Under the pieces are notes generated by a model. The model ran no database searches and had not been told where the DNA came from. It saw nothing but the letters and a program-made list of their open reading frames with translations. A stretch of DNA of 64,000 nucleotides. It comes from Thermoanaerobaculia bacterium (GTDB lineage Bacteria; Acidobacteriota; Thermoanaerobaculia; UBA5066). A program made the translations under genes and the position numbers. Each line of letters opens with the position of its first letter. Positions within the stretch are counted from its first letter, which is position 1. Location: contig CAWFJJ010000024.1 of NCBI GenBank assembly GCA_963816185.1, forward strand, positions 480,001 through 544,000, read 5' to 3'. Shown piece after piece: positions 39,904-50,738 of this stretch.

Positions 39904-41895
39904 CTATCTCACCCACACGTAGACGAGGAACGCGGCGACGCCCAGCGTGAACGCGAGAGCGTAGTTGCGGACGTGCCCCGTCGTGAAGAAGCGCAGGAGG
40001 TCGCCTGCAAGCTCCACGAGGAACGCCGAGGCGTTCGCGATGCCGTCGATGAAGAGAGCGTCGAATCCCCGCCAGAGGAACGTCCCGATCTTCCGGAACG
40101 GCGAGAGGACGAGCGCCTCGATGCCCTCGTCCACGTTCCACTTGTTCGCCACGAGGCGGCCGAGGGCGCCGCTCTTCTCGTAGAAGGCGTGTGCCTGCGG
40201 CGAGACGGCCTCCGCCGGTCCGTCGGCCCTGCCGTACCAGCGCCACGCCCAGACGAGGCCGGCCACGGCGACGCCGAGGGAGAGGAGCATGAGGCCGATC
40301 TCGAGAGAGTGCGACATCTCGTGGATCTGGGGATGCGCGACGGACGCCTCGAGGAAACGCCCGATCCGATCGGAGCCGCCGAGGGCCGCCGGGACGCCGA
40401 GGAGGCCGGCGACGACGGAGAGGGCGGCGAGGATCCAGAGGGGCACGGTCATCGTCGCGGGGCTTTCGTGGGCGTGCTCTGCACCGCCGCGCGCCCTTCC
40501 GAGAAACGTCATCGAGACGAGACGGAACATGTAGAACGCCGTGAGGCCCGCCGTGAACAGGCCGACCGTATAGAGAGCCCAGTGGCCCGAGGCCGCGGCC
40601 GAGCCGAGAATCAGGTCTTTCGAGAAGAAGCCCGCGAGCGGAAAGATGCCGGCGATCGCGAGGGTCGCGACGAGCATCGTCCGGAACGTCTGCGGGATCC
40701 GGGCGGCCAGGCCGCCCATCTGCCGCATGTCCTGCTCGTGATGCATGGACATGATGACGGAGCCGGAGCCGAGGAAGAGGCAGGCCTTGAAGAACGAGTG
40801 CGTGAACACGTGGAAGATCCCGGCCGAGAAGGCGCCCACGCCGCACGCGAGGAACATGTAACCGAGCTGCGAGACCGTCGAGTACGCGAGCACCTTCTTG
40901 ATGTCGTTCTGCGCGAGGCCGATCGTCGCCGCGAAGATCGCCGTGCCCGCCCCGATCCACGCCACGAGCGTCAGCGCATCCGGCGCGAGGACGAAGAGCG
41001 CACTGCACCGCGCGACGAGGTAGACGCCCGCCGTCACCATCGTCGCGGCATGGATGAGAGCCGAGACGGGCGTCGGGCCCGCCATCGCGTCCGGAAGCCA
41101 GACGTAGAGCGGGATCTGCGCGCTCTTGCCGCAGGCTCCGAGGAAAAGAAGGACGCAGACGGCGTAGACGCCGAGCGGCGCATTGCCCGCGAGCACCTGG
41201 CGCCTCGCGAGGTCCACGAACGAGAAGTCGGCCGTGCCGAAGAGCGCGAACACGCCGAAGATGCCGAGGACCATTCCGAAATCGCCGACGCGGTTCGCGA
41301 TGAACGCCTTCTTGCCGGCCGCCGCCGCGAAGTCCTTGTCGTAGGAGTAACCGATGAGGAGGTACGAGCACAGGCCCACGCCTTCCCAGCCCACGAAGAG
41401 CAGCGGCAGGTTGTCCGCGAGGACGAGCATGAGCATCGCGAACATGAACAGGTTCAAGAACGAGAAGTACCGCCCGTACCCTTCGTCCTTCTGCATGTAG
41501 CCGACGCTGTAGACGTGGATGAGCGTTCCCACGAACGTGACGAACGACAGCATCAGGGCCGAAAGGGCGTCGAGGCGGAACGCGACGTCCACCGAGTAGG
41601 TGCCCGCCGCCATCCACGTGTAGACGTGCTGGACGACGGGCGGGATCCCCTCGGCGCTCTTCAGCGATTGGAGGACGTAGGGGACGAGCGCCGCGAAAGA
41701 CACCGCGGTGGCGAGACCCACCGAGCCCACGCCCACGACGCCGTGGAAGAGCCGCTGGGCGTAGGGCAGAGGCGCGAGCGGATGATCCGCGCCCGATTCC
41801 TTCTCGGCGCGGCTCGAGCTCGCCACGAGCGCGACGAGGCCGTTCAGGAGGAAGCCCGCGAGCGGAAGAAGGGGGATGAGCCAGAGCTGATTCAT
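39904..41895 (-). CDS. nuoL: NADH-quinone oxidoreductase subunit L
   Basis: GWEGVGLCSY, NRVGD, GKSAQIPL..WLPDAMAGPTPVSALIHAATMV. Confidence 0.96.
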   Translation of the reverse strand: MNQLWLIPLLPLAGFLLNGLVALVASSSRAEKESGADHPLAPLPYAQRLFHGVVGVGSVGLATAVSFAALVPYVLQSLKSAEGIPPVVQHVYTWMAAGTYSVDVAFRLDALSALMLSFVTFVGTLIHVYSVGYMQKDEGYGRYFSFLNLFMFAMLMLVLADNLPLLFVGWEGVGLCSYLLIGYSYDKDFAAAAGKKAFIANRVGDFGMVLGIFGVFALFGTADFSFVDLARRQVLAGNAPLGVYAVCVLLFLGACGKSAQIPLYVWLPDAMAGPTPVSALIHAATMVTAGVYLVARCSALFVLAPDALTLVAWIGAGTAIFAATIGLAQNDIKKVLAYSTVSQLGYMFLACGVGAFSAGIFHVFTHSFFKACLFLGSGSVIMSMHHEQDMRQMGGLAARIPQTFRTMLVATLAIAGIFPLAGFFSKDLILGSAAASGHWALYTVGLFTAGLTAFYMFRLVSMTFLGRARGGAEHAHESPATMTVPLWILAALSVVAGLLGVPAALGGSDRIGRFLEASVAHPQIHEMSHSLEIGLMLLSLGVAVAGLVWAWRWYGRADGPAEAVSPQAHAFYEKSGALGRLVANKWNVDEGIEALVLSPFRKIGTFLWRGFDALFIDGIANASAFLVELAGDLLRFFTTGHVRNYALAFTLGVAAFLVYVWVR

Positions 41896-41902
41896 GCGCG
41901 GC

Positions 41903-42238
41903 TCACCACTTCAGGAGCGCGATCTTGTCCACGTCCACCGTCCGGCTGGTGCGGAAGAGCGCCACGAAGATCGCGAGGCCAACGGCCGCCTCCGCGGCGG
42001 CTACGGCGATCACGAAGAAGACGATCATCTGCCCGGCGAGATCGCCGCGCATCCGCGCGTACGTGAGGAAGAGCAGGTTGACGGCGTTCATCATCAGCTC
42101 GATGGAGAGGAAGATCGAGATCGCGTTCCGCTTGAGAAGCGCGCCCGCGAGTCCGATCGCGAACAGGAGCGTCCCGACGACGAGAAACGCGCCGGGAGGC
42201 ACCGCCATCGGGGCGACCCCGTGAAGCGCGGGAGTCAT
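41903..42238 (-). CDS. nuoK: NADH-quinone oxidoreductase subunit K
   Basis: SIELMMNAVNL, VAAAEAAVGLA. Confidence 0.95.
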   Translation of the reverse strand: MTPALHGVAPMAVPPGAFLVVGTLLFAIGLAGALLKRNAISIFLSIELMMNAVNLLFLTYARMRGDLAGQMIVFFVIAVAAAEAAVGLAIFVALFRTSRTVDVDKIALLKW

Positions 42239-42756
42239 TCGAACTTCCTCTTGGACAGGAGCAGGGCGCCGACCGCGGCGACGAGGAGAAGGAGGGAAAG
42301 CGCCTCGAACGCGAGGAGATAATCGGAGAAGAGAAGCCGGCCGAGGGCAGGGATCTCGTCGGGTGCGGGGATCAATCGCGGGGATGACGCCCCGCCCGGC
42401 GCCGGCGCCCGGAGCGTGGCGCCCGCGAGAAGGCCGCCGAGCGAGAGGGCGACGAGAAGACCGAGCGTGCGCTGGATCGGCCGGTCGTCCTTGTCCGCTG
42501 TTTCCTCCTTCAGGTTGAGCAGCATGATGACGAACAGGAACAGGACGAGAATCGCGCCCGCGTAGACGAAGATCTGCAGCGCCGCGATGAAGGGCGCCGC
42601 GAGCAGGATGGCGAGGACCGAAAGCCCGAAGAACGTCACGACGAGCGACAGGACGCTTCTCACGGGGGTCCGCTGAACGACCATGAGGAGAGCGAAGGCG
42701 AGCGCGAGAAACGACGCGACCGCGAAGACGACGAGCTGACCGGTTGCGGCCGGCAT
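42235..42756 (-). CDS. nuoJ: NADH-quinone oxidoreductase subunit J
   Basis: QIFVYAGAILVLFLFVIMLL, YLLAFE. Confidence 0.93.
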   Translation of the reverse strand: MPAATGQLVVFAVASFLALAFALLMVVQRTPVRSVLSLVVTFFGLSVLAILLAAPFIAALQIFVYAGAILVLFLFVIMLLNLKEETADKDDRPIQRTLGLLVALSLGGLLAGATLRAPAPGGASSPRLIPAPDEIPALGRLLFSDYLLAFEALSLLLLVAAVGALLLSKRKFE

Positions 42757-43805
42757 CAGATGACCCTCCAGAGAACCAGCGCGCCCGTCCAAAGGAGGTT
42801 GAGGAGCGAGAGCGGCAGGAAGACCTTCCAGCCGAGGTTCATCAACTGGTCGAAGCGGAAGCGGGGGAGCGTCCAGCGCACCCAGACGAAGAAGAAGATG
42901 AAGAAAGCCGTCTTCGCGGCGAAGACGGCGATCGAGACGAGGCCACCAGCGATACCGGTGAGGTGGACGAAAGGCAGCGACCACCCGCCGAAGTACAGCG
43001 TGGCCATCATCGCCGAGGCCGCGATGAGGTTCAGGTATTCGGCCATGAAGAACATGCCGAACCGGAAGGCCGAGTATTCCGTGTGATAGCCCGCGACGAG
43101 CTCGGCCTCGGCCTCCGGCAGGTCGAACGGCACCCGGTTCGTCTCGGCGAACGCGGACACGACGAAGATCACACACCCGACGACCTGCGGGAAGCAGTTC
43201 CAGAGAGGCAAAAAGCCGAGGAACGTTCCCGAAGCCTGGTACTCGACGACCCTCTGGAGCCTGAGCGAGCCGGCCGCGAGGAACACCGAGATGGCCGCAA
43301 TGCCCATCGCGAGCTCGTAGCTGATGACCTGCGCCGAGGAGCGAAGCCCGCCGAGAAGCGCGTACTTGTTGTTCGACGACCACCCCGCAAGGACGAGGCC
43401 GTAGATGCCGACGGACGTCAGGGCGAAGACGTAGAGGATGCCGATGTTCACGTCCGCGATCACGAGCGAGATGTCGCGCCCGAAGAGGTGAAGCGTCGAG
43501 CCGAACGGGATCACGGCGAACGTGGTCATCGCCGGCACGAGGAGGATGAGCGGCGCGACCGTGTGGAGGAGCCGGTCCGCGTACATCGGGACCACGTCCT
43601 CCTTCATGAGCAGCTTCAGGATGTCGGCGACGGCCTGAAAGAGTCCGAAGGGTCCCACGCGGTTCGGGCCGGGGCGGTCCTGAATGAAGCCCGCCATGCG
43701 CCGTTCCACCCAGATCAAATTCGGCAGGACGGCGCCGAGGACGCAGGCCCAGACGAACGCGATCTTGGCCGCGCCTTCCAGGGCGGCGGCGAGCGTCGGG
43801 CTCAT
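42756..43805 (-). CDS. nuoH: NADH-quinone oxidoreductase subunit H
   Basis: ERR..Q.RPGPNRVGPFG, SAQVISYE, ETNRVPFDLPEAEAELVAGY. Confidence 0.96.
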   Translation of the reverse strand: MSPTLAAALEGAAKIAFVWACVLGAVLPNLIWVERRMAGFIQDRPGPNRVGPFGLFQAVADILKLLMKEDVVPMYADRLLHTVAPLILLVPAMTTFAVIPFGSTLHLFGRDISLVIADVNIGILYVFALTSVGIYGLVLAGWSSNNKYALLGGLRSSAQVISYELAMGIAAISVFLAAGSLRLQRVVEYQASGTFLGFLPLWNCFPQVVGCVIFVVSAFAETNRVPFDLPEAEAELVAGYHTEYSAFRFGMFFMAEYLNLIAASAMMATLYFGGWSLPFVHLTGIAGGLVSIAVFAAKTAFFIFFFVWVRWTLPRFRFDQLMNLGWKVFLPLSLLNLLWTGALVLWRVI

Positions 43806-45637
43806 GTGCGGCGATCCGGCGCCGCGACGGACGGGCGCTCGAAGACCTCGACGTCCGGGTCGCGTTCGAGCCCGAGGACGTCGTAAGCGGCCGCGGGAGA
43901 GATGGAGGGAGGGTTCCCGACGAGGGCGTCGGAGTCCCACGCGAGGCCGCCGTAACCGGCGACGGACCCTTGCATCTTCTGGAAGACGTCGCGGGGGGTC
44001 CACTGCGTGTCGAACGCGCCCCATCGCGCGCCGAGGTGCAGCAGGATCTCGAGGTCCGTGCGCACGACGGGCGGCGACACGATCGCCATGTCCACGCGCT
44101 GCACGCGTCCCTTCACGTTCACGAACGTGCCTTCCTTGCCGGAAAGAGGCGCGGTTGGAAGCACGATGTCGGCGGCGTCCGTCAGCGCGTTCCGCTTGCG
44201 GGCATGGACGACGAGGACGCTCGCCTTGCGCAACTCGGCGACGAACGCGGGATCGGAGCATTTCTCGCTGAAGTCGGCATCGGCAATGTAGAGGACGGCG
44301 GGAGAAGAGAAAGAGAAAGAGGAAGAGGAAGATTTCTTAGAAAGAGAAAGATCCGAAGAGGAAGAGGAGGATGAAGAAGAAGATTTCTTAGAAGGGAAGA
44401 GGGAGTAAGCCGATCCGAGGGCGGAGCCATCGCCCGCGCTTGCGCGCTTCAAGCCGGCCGCCTCGCAGCCCCGGGAGTTTGGTGCCGCGTCCGTTCCGTA
44501 CAGCCACCCGTCCACCTTGTTCTTGATCCGCCTTCTTGGCCCTTCGTCGACGAGAAACTCGGGGGTGCCCACCTTCAAAGAATCTTCAAACAGCGTCTTC
44601 AAAAGCCAGTTCTCCTCGGTCGTGAGCCGCGCCGAGCCGAGAGCTAGTACTCTTCCTTTCGAAGCAATATTGTCTTTCTTTTCTTCCTCTTCGAGGTGCT
44701 CGCCGCCTTCCCCCCGCGCCCGGTCGATCGCGACCTTCACGGCGTCGAGCGCCTCGCCCCAGTTCGTCTGCTTGCGCGCGTCGCTGCCGGGGACGCGGAT
44801 CTCGGGCTTCTTGAAATCCTGCCGGTTGAGGTCCTCGGAGCGGAAGCGGCCGTAATCGCACATCCAGAAGTCGTTCACGGCGGGTTGGACGCGCGGAAGG
44901 TACCGGTAGACGACGCGGTCGCGGTGCTCGATGGACATGTTGCAGCCGATCTCGCAGCCGTCGCACACCGAGCGCGTCTTGTCGAGCCACCACACGCGCT
45001 TGCGGAACCGGAACTCCTTCGTCGTGAGGGCGCCGACGGGGCAGACGTCGGCCGCGCAGGCCGAGAGGTCGTTGTCGAGCAGATGGCCCTCGTGCGTCCA
45101 GACGAACGTGTGGCCGGCCCTCTCGACGAACGTGAGCTCGCCCGTCTGGGTGATCTCCGCGCAGAAGCGGATGCAGCGCGTGCACTGGATGCAGCGCGTC
45201 ATGTCCGCGATGACGTGGGGGCCGATCGGCGTGCGGTCGTAGCCTGGGAACTGCCGCCGAGGTTCGGACGTGCGTGAGACCGGCAGGCCCGCGCCCATGG
45301 CGTTGTCCTGCAGCTTGCACTCGCCGGCCTGGTCGCAGATCGGGCAGTCCAGCGGATGGTTGATGAGGAGGAACTCCATCGTCGCGTTGCGCGCGGCGAG
45401 GGCCTTCTCCGTCGAGGCCTTGATGACCATGCCGTCGCGAATGGGCACCGTGCACGAGGCCTGGATCTTCGGCACGCCCTCGACCTCGACCATGCACATG
45501 CGGCACTGGCCGACGATCGACAGGCGCGGGTGATAGCAGAAGTGCGGCACGTCGACGCCCGCCGCCCGGCACGCCTCGAGCGCGTTCGCGTCGTTCGGGA
45601 CTTCGACGACCTTCCCGTCGACGGTTACCTTTGCCAT
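43802..45637 (-). CDS. nuoG: NADH-quinone oxidoreductase subunit G (short form, with low-complexity inserts)
   Basis: CYH..CRMC..C, HPLDCPICDQAGEC, RCIQCTRC..CPVGAL, CDGCEIGC, EGTFVN. Confidence 0.92.
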   Translation of the reverse strand: MAKVTVDGKVVEVPNDANALEACRAAGVDVPHFCYHPRLSIVGQCRMCMVEVEGVPKIQASCTVPIRDGMVIKASTEKALAARNATMEFLLINHPLDCPICDQAGECKLQDNAMGAGLPVSRTSEPRRQFPGYDRTPIGPHVIADMTRCIQCTRCIRFCAEITQTGELTFVERAGHTFVWTHEGHLLDNDLSACAADVCPVGALTTKEFRFRKRVWWLDKTRSVCDGCEIGCNMSIEHRDRVVYRYLPRVQPAVNDFWMCDYGRFRSEDLNRQDFKKPEIRVPGSDARKQTNWGEALDAVKVAIDRARGEGGEHLEEEEKKDNIASKGRVLALGSARLTTEENWLLKTLFEDSLKVGTPEFLVDEGPRRRIKNKVDGWLYGTDAAPNSRGCEAAGLKRASAGDGSALGSAYSLFPSKKSSSSSSSSSSDLSLSKKSSSSSFSFSSPAVLYIADADFSEKCSDPAFVAELRKASVLVVHARKRNALTDAADIVLPTAPLSGKEGTFVNVKGRVQRVDMAIVSPPVVRTDLEILLHLGARWGAFDTQWTPRDVFQKMQGSVAGYGGLAWDSDALVGNPPSISPAAAYDVLGLERDPDVEVFERPSVAAPDRRT

Positions 45638-45710
45638 GCCACGTCCGAAGAGAACGAAGAGAAGAAGATCTTCTTAGAAAGATAAGAGAGAGAAGAGAAG
45701 AGGGGGATAT

Positions 45711-45838
45711 TTCCCGATTGGCCCGTGTCAAGGGTCTTCGACCGCTGCGCGGCGCGCGTAGCGCGCCCTTGACGCGGGTCAATCGGGAACAGATTGCCTG
45801 ATATCGGCGGCTGCATCAGCAGCCGCCGCATATAAGAA
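45711..45838. repeat. Composite hairpin (REPIN-like) repeat, copy 2, between nuoF and nuoG
   Basis: 45725-45773 matches 29912-29960 at 48/49; 45804-45838 is identical to 29992-30026. Confidence 0.8.
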
Positions 45839-45859
45839 AAAAATCCCCTCCACTCTCTT

Positions 45860-47232
<1,373 letters not shown>

Positions 47233-47236
<4 letters not shown>

Positions 47237-47790
47237 TTCAGGCCCTTCAGGAAGGTGTCGAGCCTGTCTTTCGTGATCACGAAGTGGTCGTCGTCGTTGA
47301 CCATCACGGCCGGGGCCTTGTCGCATTGCGCCAGGCACTCCACCTCGACGACGGTGAACTTCCCGTCGGGTGACGTCTCGCCGGGTCTCAGGTCGCCGAG
47401 ACGCTTCCGGCACTCGGTGTAGACCTCGCTGGCGCCGTTCAGGTGGCAGGAGATCGACGTGCAGAACTGAATCAGGTGTTTGCCGACCGGCGCCCGGTTG
47501 TACATCGTGTAGAACGTCACGACGCCCCAAACGAACGCCGGCGCCAGGTCGAGAAGCGTGGCGACGTAATCCACGGCCTCGCGCGAAATCCAGCCCCACT
47601 CACGCTGGGCGAGCCAGAGCGTCGGAAGGAGGGCCGCCTGTTTCGTGGGGTAACGCGTCAGCAGGCGCTCGAAGTCGTCGCGCGTTTCGCGCGAGAACGA
47701 GAGGGCGCGGCCGCACGAGAGGGCGCCGTGCTCTCCCACACGCGGGTTCTGGGCCGGGTCGGCCACGGGGAGCTTCTGTGTGCCGCTCAC
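47233..47790 (-). CDS. nuoE: NADH-quinone oxidoreductase subunit E
   Basis: TFYTMY, CTSISC, ECLAQC. Confidence 0.94.
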
Positions 47791-47791
47791 G

Positions 47792-48154
47792 TCAATCCCA
47801 GTCGAACGCGCCTTTCTTCCAGAGGTAGGCGAACCCGAGGAAGAGGACGAGGACGAAGACCAGCATCTCCAGGAAAACCGGCCATCCGCCCTGCCGGAAG
47901 ACCACCGCCCACGGATAGAGGAACGCGGCCTCCACGTCGAACAGGATGAAGACCATCGCGACGATGAAGAATTTGACGCTGATGCGCTTGTGGCTGTCGT
48001 CGAGGAGCGGCATGCCGCTCTCGTAGGGCGAGAGCTTCCGCACCGTGCGCACCTTGCGGCCGACGAGAATATTCAGACCGAGGAGCAGGATGCCGACGCC
48101 GACGGCGCCCATGATCATGAGCAGAATCGGCAAGAAGGCCAGCGGAGTGCCCAT
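47792..48154 (-). CDS. nuoA: NADH-quinone oxidoreductase subunit A
   Basis: PYESG, FILFDVE..FLYPWA, KKGAFDW. Confidence 0.95.
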   Translation of the reverse strand: MGTPLAFLPILLMIMGAVGVGILLLGLNILVGRKVRTVRKLSPYESGMPLLDDSHKRISVKFFIVAMVFILFDVEAAFLYPWAVVFRQGGWPVFLEMLVFVLVLFLGFAYLWKKGAFDWD

Positions 48155-48161
48155 GCGTCGC

Positions 48162-48197
48162 TCGTGATACTTTTCACAAAGCAGGCGCGTTCGTCAA
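48162..48197 (-). promoter_or_regulatory. nuo promoter with an overlapping Rex operator
   Basis: TCGTGAT-ACTT-TTCACAA (48162-48179) matches TTGTGAA-N4-TTCACAA at 12/14; minus-strand TTGACG 17 nt upstream of a weak -10 inside the box. Confidence 0.7.
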
Positions 48198-48223
48198 CCC
48201 CTCATTCGCATGCAGGCGATTCC

Positions 48224-48928
48224 TTGACATCCCCGCACGAATCCCGGGAGCGATTCCGCACAGCCGCCCTCGTCCCCGCCTACCGCTGCGCGGGTACCGT
48301 CGGCAGCGTCGTCCGGGGACTCCTCGCGCACCTTCCGGAGGTTCTCGTGGTGGACGACGGGAGCGGCGACGCGACACCGAGAGAAGCCCTCGCGGACGGG
48401 GCTCGGGTGCTTACGCGCAGGGAAAACGGCGGAAAGGGGCGTGCGATCCGCGACGGGCTCGCCGATCTCCTCGGGCGCGACCTCACACACGTGGCGTTCG
48501 TGGACGCCGACGGGCAGCACGATCCCGGCGACCTTCCGGTGCTGCTTGCGGCCGCGCGCTCGGGCGCGGATTTCGTCGTCGGCTCGCGGCTGAAGGAGGC
48601 GGCCACGATGCCGGCGAAAAACTTCTGGGCGAACTCGATCGGCGACAGGGTGCTGTCGCGCATGACCGGGCTGCCGATCGAGGACGGCCAGTCGGGCTAC
48701 CGCGTGATCGCGTGCCGGCTGCTGCGACGGCTGCGCCTCCGCGCGAACGGCTACTCCATCGAGAACGAGATTCTCATCAAGGCAGCGCCGTACGTGGAGC
48801 GCTTCGCGACCGTGCCCGTGAGGACCATCTACGGCCCCGCGCGCTCGCACTACCGGCCCTTCCGCGACACCTGGGTCACGTCGTGGCTGAGCGTTTATTA
48901 CAAGACGCTCGATTCCGACGCGTCCTGA
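48224..48928 (+). CDS. Glycosyltransferase family 2
   Basis: VPAY, VVDDGSGD, NGGKG, DADGQH, DGQSGYR. Confidence 0.9.
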   Translation: MTSPHESRERFRTAALVPAYRCAGTVGSVVRGLLAHLPEVLVVDDGSGDATPREALADGARVLTRRENGGKGRAIRDGLADLLGRDLTHVAFVDADGQHDPGDLPVLLAAARSGADFVVGSRLKEAATMPAKNFWANSIGDRVLSRMTGLPIEDGQSGYRVIACRLLRRLRLRANGYSIENEILIKAAPYVERFATVPVRTIYGPARSHYRPFRDTWVTSWLSVYYKTLDSDAS

Positions 48929-49030
48929 GGCGATTCATCCGGCGGGCACAGTGATTGCGTGTTTCCCGGAAGGTGGCCGTGCCTCGCGACGCGATGCGTG
49001 GTCACGAGGAAAAGTTGCAAGGAGGGATGT

Positions 49031-49405
49031 ATGAAACGAGGGTTGATTGCAGTCCTGTCGGCGGGCCTTCTCTTCGGAGGTCCCCTACTCGCGCAGAATT
49101 CCAAATCGTATGGAAGCGAAAAGAAAGTTTCGACGGCTGATCCGACCGGCCAGATGAAGACGGTGGAGGGCACCGTCAAGGAGTACACGGCCGGCAAGAG
49201 GCTGGTCCTCACCACGATCGACAACAAGACGATGATCTACAGGCTCGACCAGAAAGGCACGACGTTGAACGTCGATCCCTCGATCGCGGTCGGGTCCCAT
49301 GTGAAGCTGATGGAGCAGAAGAGCGGAGACACGAAGTCGTTGACCGTCGAGCCGGTTTCGAAGCCGTTGACTTCGGGGCCTGGTTATTCAGGCGCGAAGT
49401 CGTAA
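49031..49405 (+). CDS. Secreted hypothetical protein
   Basis: MKR + hydrophobic signal + LLAQ; GGAGG RBS. Confidence 0.7.
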   Translation: MKRGLIAVLSAGLLFGGPLLAQNSKSYGSEKKVSTADPTGQMKTVEGTVKEYTAGKRLVLTTIDNKTMIYRLDQKGTTLNVDPSIAVGSHVKLMEQKSGDTKSLTVEPVSKPLTSGPGYSGAKS

Positions 49406-49419
49406 GCCCACGCGGCAGG

Positions 49420-49460
49420 AAAGACGGGAGGACGTCGATCGGCGTTCACCCGTCTTTTTT
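49420..49460 (+). terminator. Rho-independent terminator
   Basis: AAAGACGGG...CCCGTCTTT stem followed by a T-run. Confidence 0.6.
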
Positions 49461-50738
49461 GTGACGCGACGAGCGCTCCTCGGAGGTGCCCTCGCCGCGC
49501 TGGCCGGCCCGCTCGGGTCCGGCGGATGTAGACCTCGGGGCGAGGTGAAGAGAGAGATCCCGGACCGGCTCTCTTTCATCGTGCTGGCGAGCGAGCGCGC
49601 ACTCTGGGCGCCCATCGTGGAGCGCTTTGGGAAGGCTCACGGCGTCCGCGTCGAGATGGTCGAGGGCCCGAACGCCACCGATCTCCGGGAGAACATGTAT
49701 ACGACGGCGCTCTTGGCGGGCGACGACTCGCTCGACGTCGTCTACATGGACGTGACGTGGACGCCGAAGTTCGCGGCGGCCGGATGGCTCGTGCCTCTCG
49801 ACGACGTCTTCCGGCCCGAAGAGCTGAGCGCTCTCGTCCCGAAAGCGCTCAACGCGGGCCGGTATCGTGGGCGCCTCTACCGGATTCCCGTCAGGACCGA
49901 CGTCGGCCTGCTGTATTACCGCCGTGACCTGCTCGAATCGGCGGGGATCGCTCCGCCCGAGACGTTCGAGGAACTGGTCGACGCGGCGCGGCGTCTTCAG
50001 AGTCCTCCCGAGCGCTGGGGCTTCGTCTGGCAGGGGAGTCAGTACGAAGGCCTCACGTGCGTCTTCTTGGAGATTCTCCGGGGCGCGGGCGGATTCTGGG
50101 TCGATCCGGAGTCGCTCGAGGTCGGCCTCGACCGTCGCGAGGCTGTGGCGGCGCTGGAATTCCTGAGACGATCGCGTCTCGTGGACGCCATCAGCCCGCC
50201 GGGCGTGACGAGCCTGAAGGAGGACGACAGCCGCCGCATCTTTCAGGACGGCCGTGCCGTCTTCCTTCTCAACTGGCCTTACGTCTGGCGCCTCGCCCAG
50301 GCCGCCGACTCGCCGGTCGCGGGAAAGATCGGCGTGTCGGCGGTGCCGCACGCGCCGGGCCGGCAGGGCGCCGGCACGCTCGGCGGCTGGGGCTTCGGCA
50401 TCTCGCGATTCTGCAGGTCGCCCGAGCTCGCGGCGCAGTTCATGCGCGAGGCCGTCTCGCTCGAGGGGCAGCGCGCCCTCTGCCTCGCGTCCGGTTACGC
50501 GCCCGCGCGCGTCGAGGCCTACCGCGATCCGCAGCTCGTCGCCTCGAACCCACTGCTTCCCGAGATTCTCACTCTCCACGCAGATGCGGTGAGCCGGCCG
50601 GCGATCCCGGGATATGCCCTCGCCTCCGACATCCTGCAACGCCACGTCAGCGCCTCCATCGCCGGTCTCGTGACGGCCGAGAGCGCTCTCGCGAGCGCGG
50701 CGAAGGAGACACGGCTCCTTCTCGGACGCCCGCCATGA
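49461..50738 (+). CDS. Sugar ABC transporter substrate-binding lipoprotein (possible Tat signal)
   Basis: TRRALL + lipobox-like Cys; DVTWTPKFA, LYYRRDLL, YEGL, TLGGW. Confidence 0.9.
   Translation: MTRRALLGGALAALAGPLGSGGCRPRGEVKREIPDRLSFIVLASERALWAPIVERFGKAHGVRVEMVEGPNATDLRENMYTTALLAGDDSLDVVYMDVTWTPKFAAAGWLVPLDDVFRPEELSALVPKALNAGRYRGRLYRIPVRTDVGLLYYRRDLLESAGIAPPETFEELVDAARRLQSPPERWGFVWQGSQYEGLTCVFLEILRGAGGFWVDPESLEVGLDRREAVAALEFLRRSRLVDAISPPGVTSLKEDDSRRIFQDGRAVFLLNWPYVWRLAQAADSPVAGKIGVSAVPHAPGRQGAGTLGGWGFGISRFCRSPELAAQFMREAVSLEGQRALCLASGYAPARVEAYRDPQLVASNPLLPEILTLHADAVSRPAIPGYALASDILQRHVSASIAGLVTAESALASAAKETRLLLGRPP

Noticed and set aside
44300-44410. Tandem repeats as a CRISPR array or plain microsatellite
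   Set aside because: Only two units with no unique spacers and no cas genes; better explained as motif copies. No CRISPR array was seen anywhere in the window
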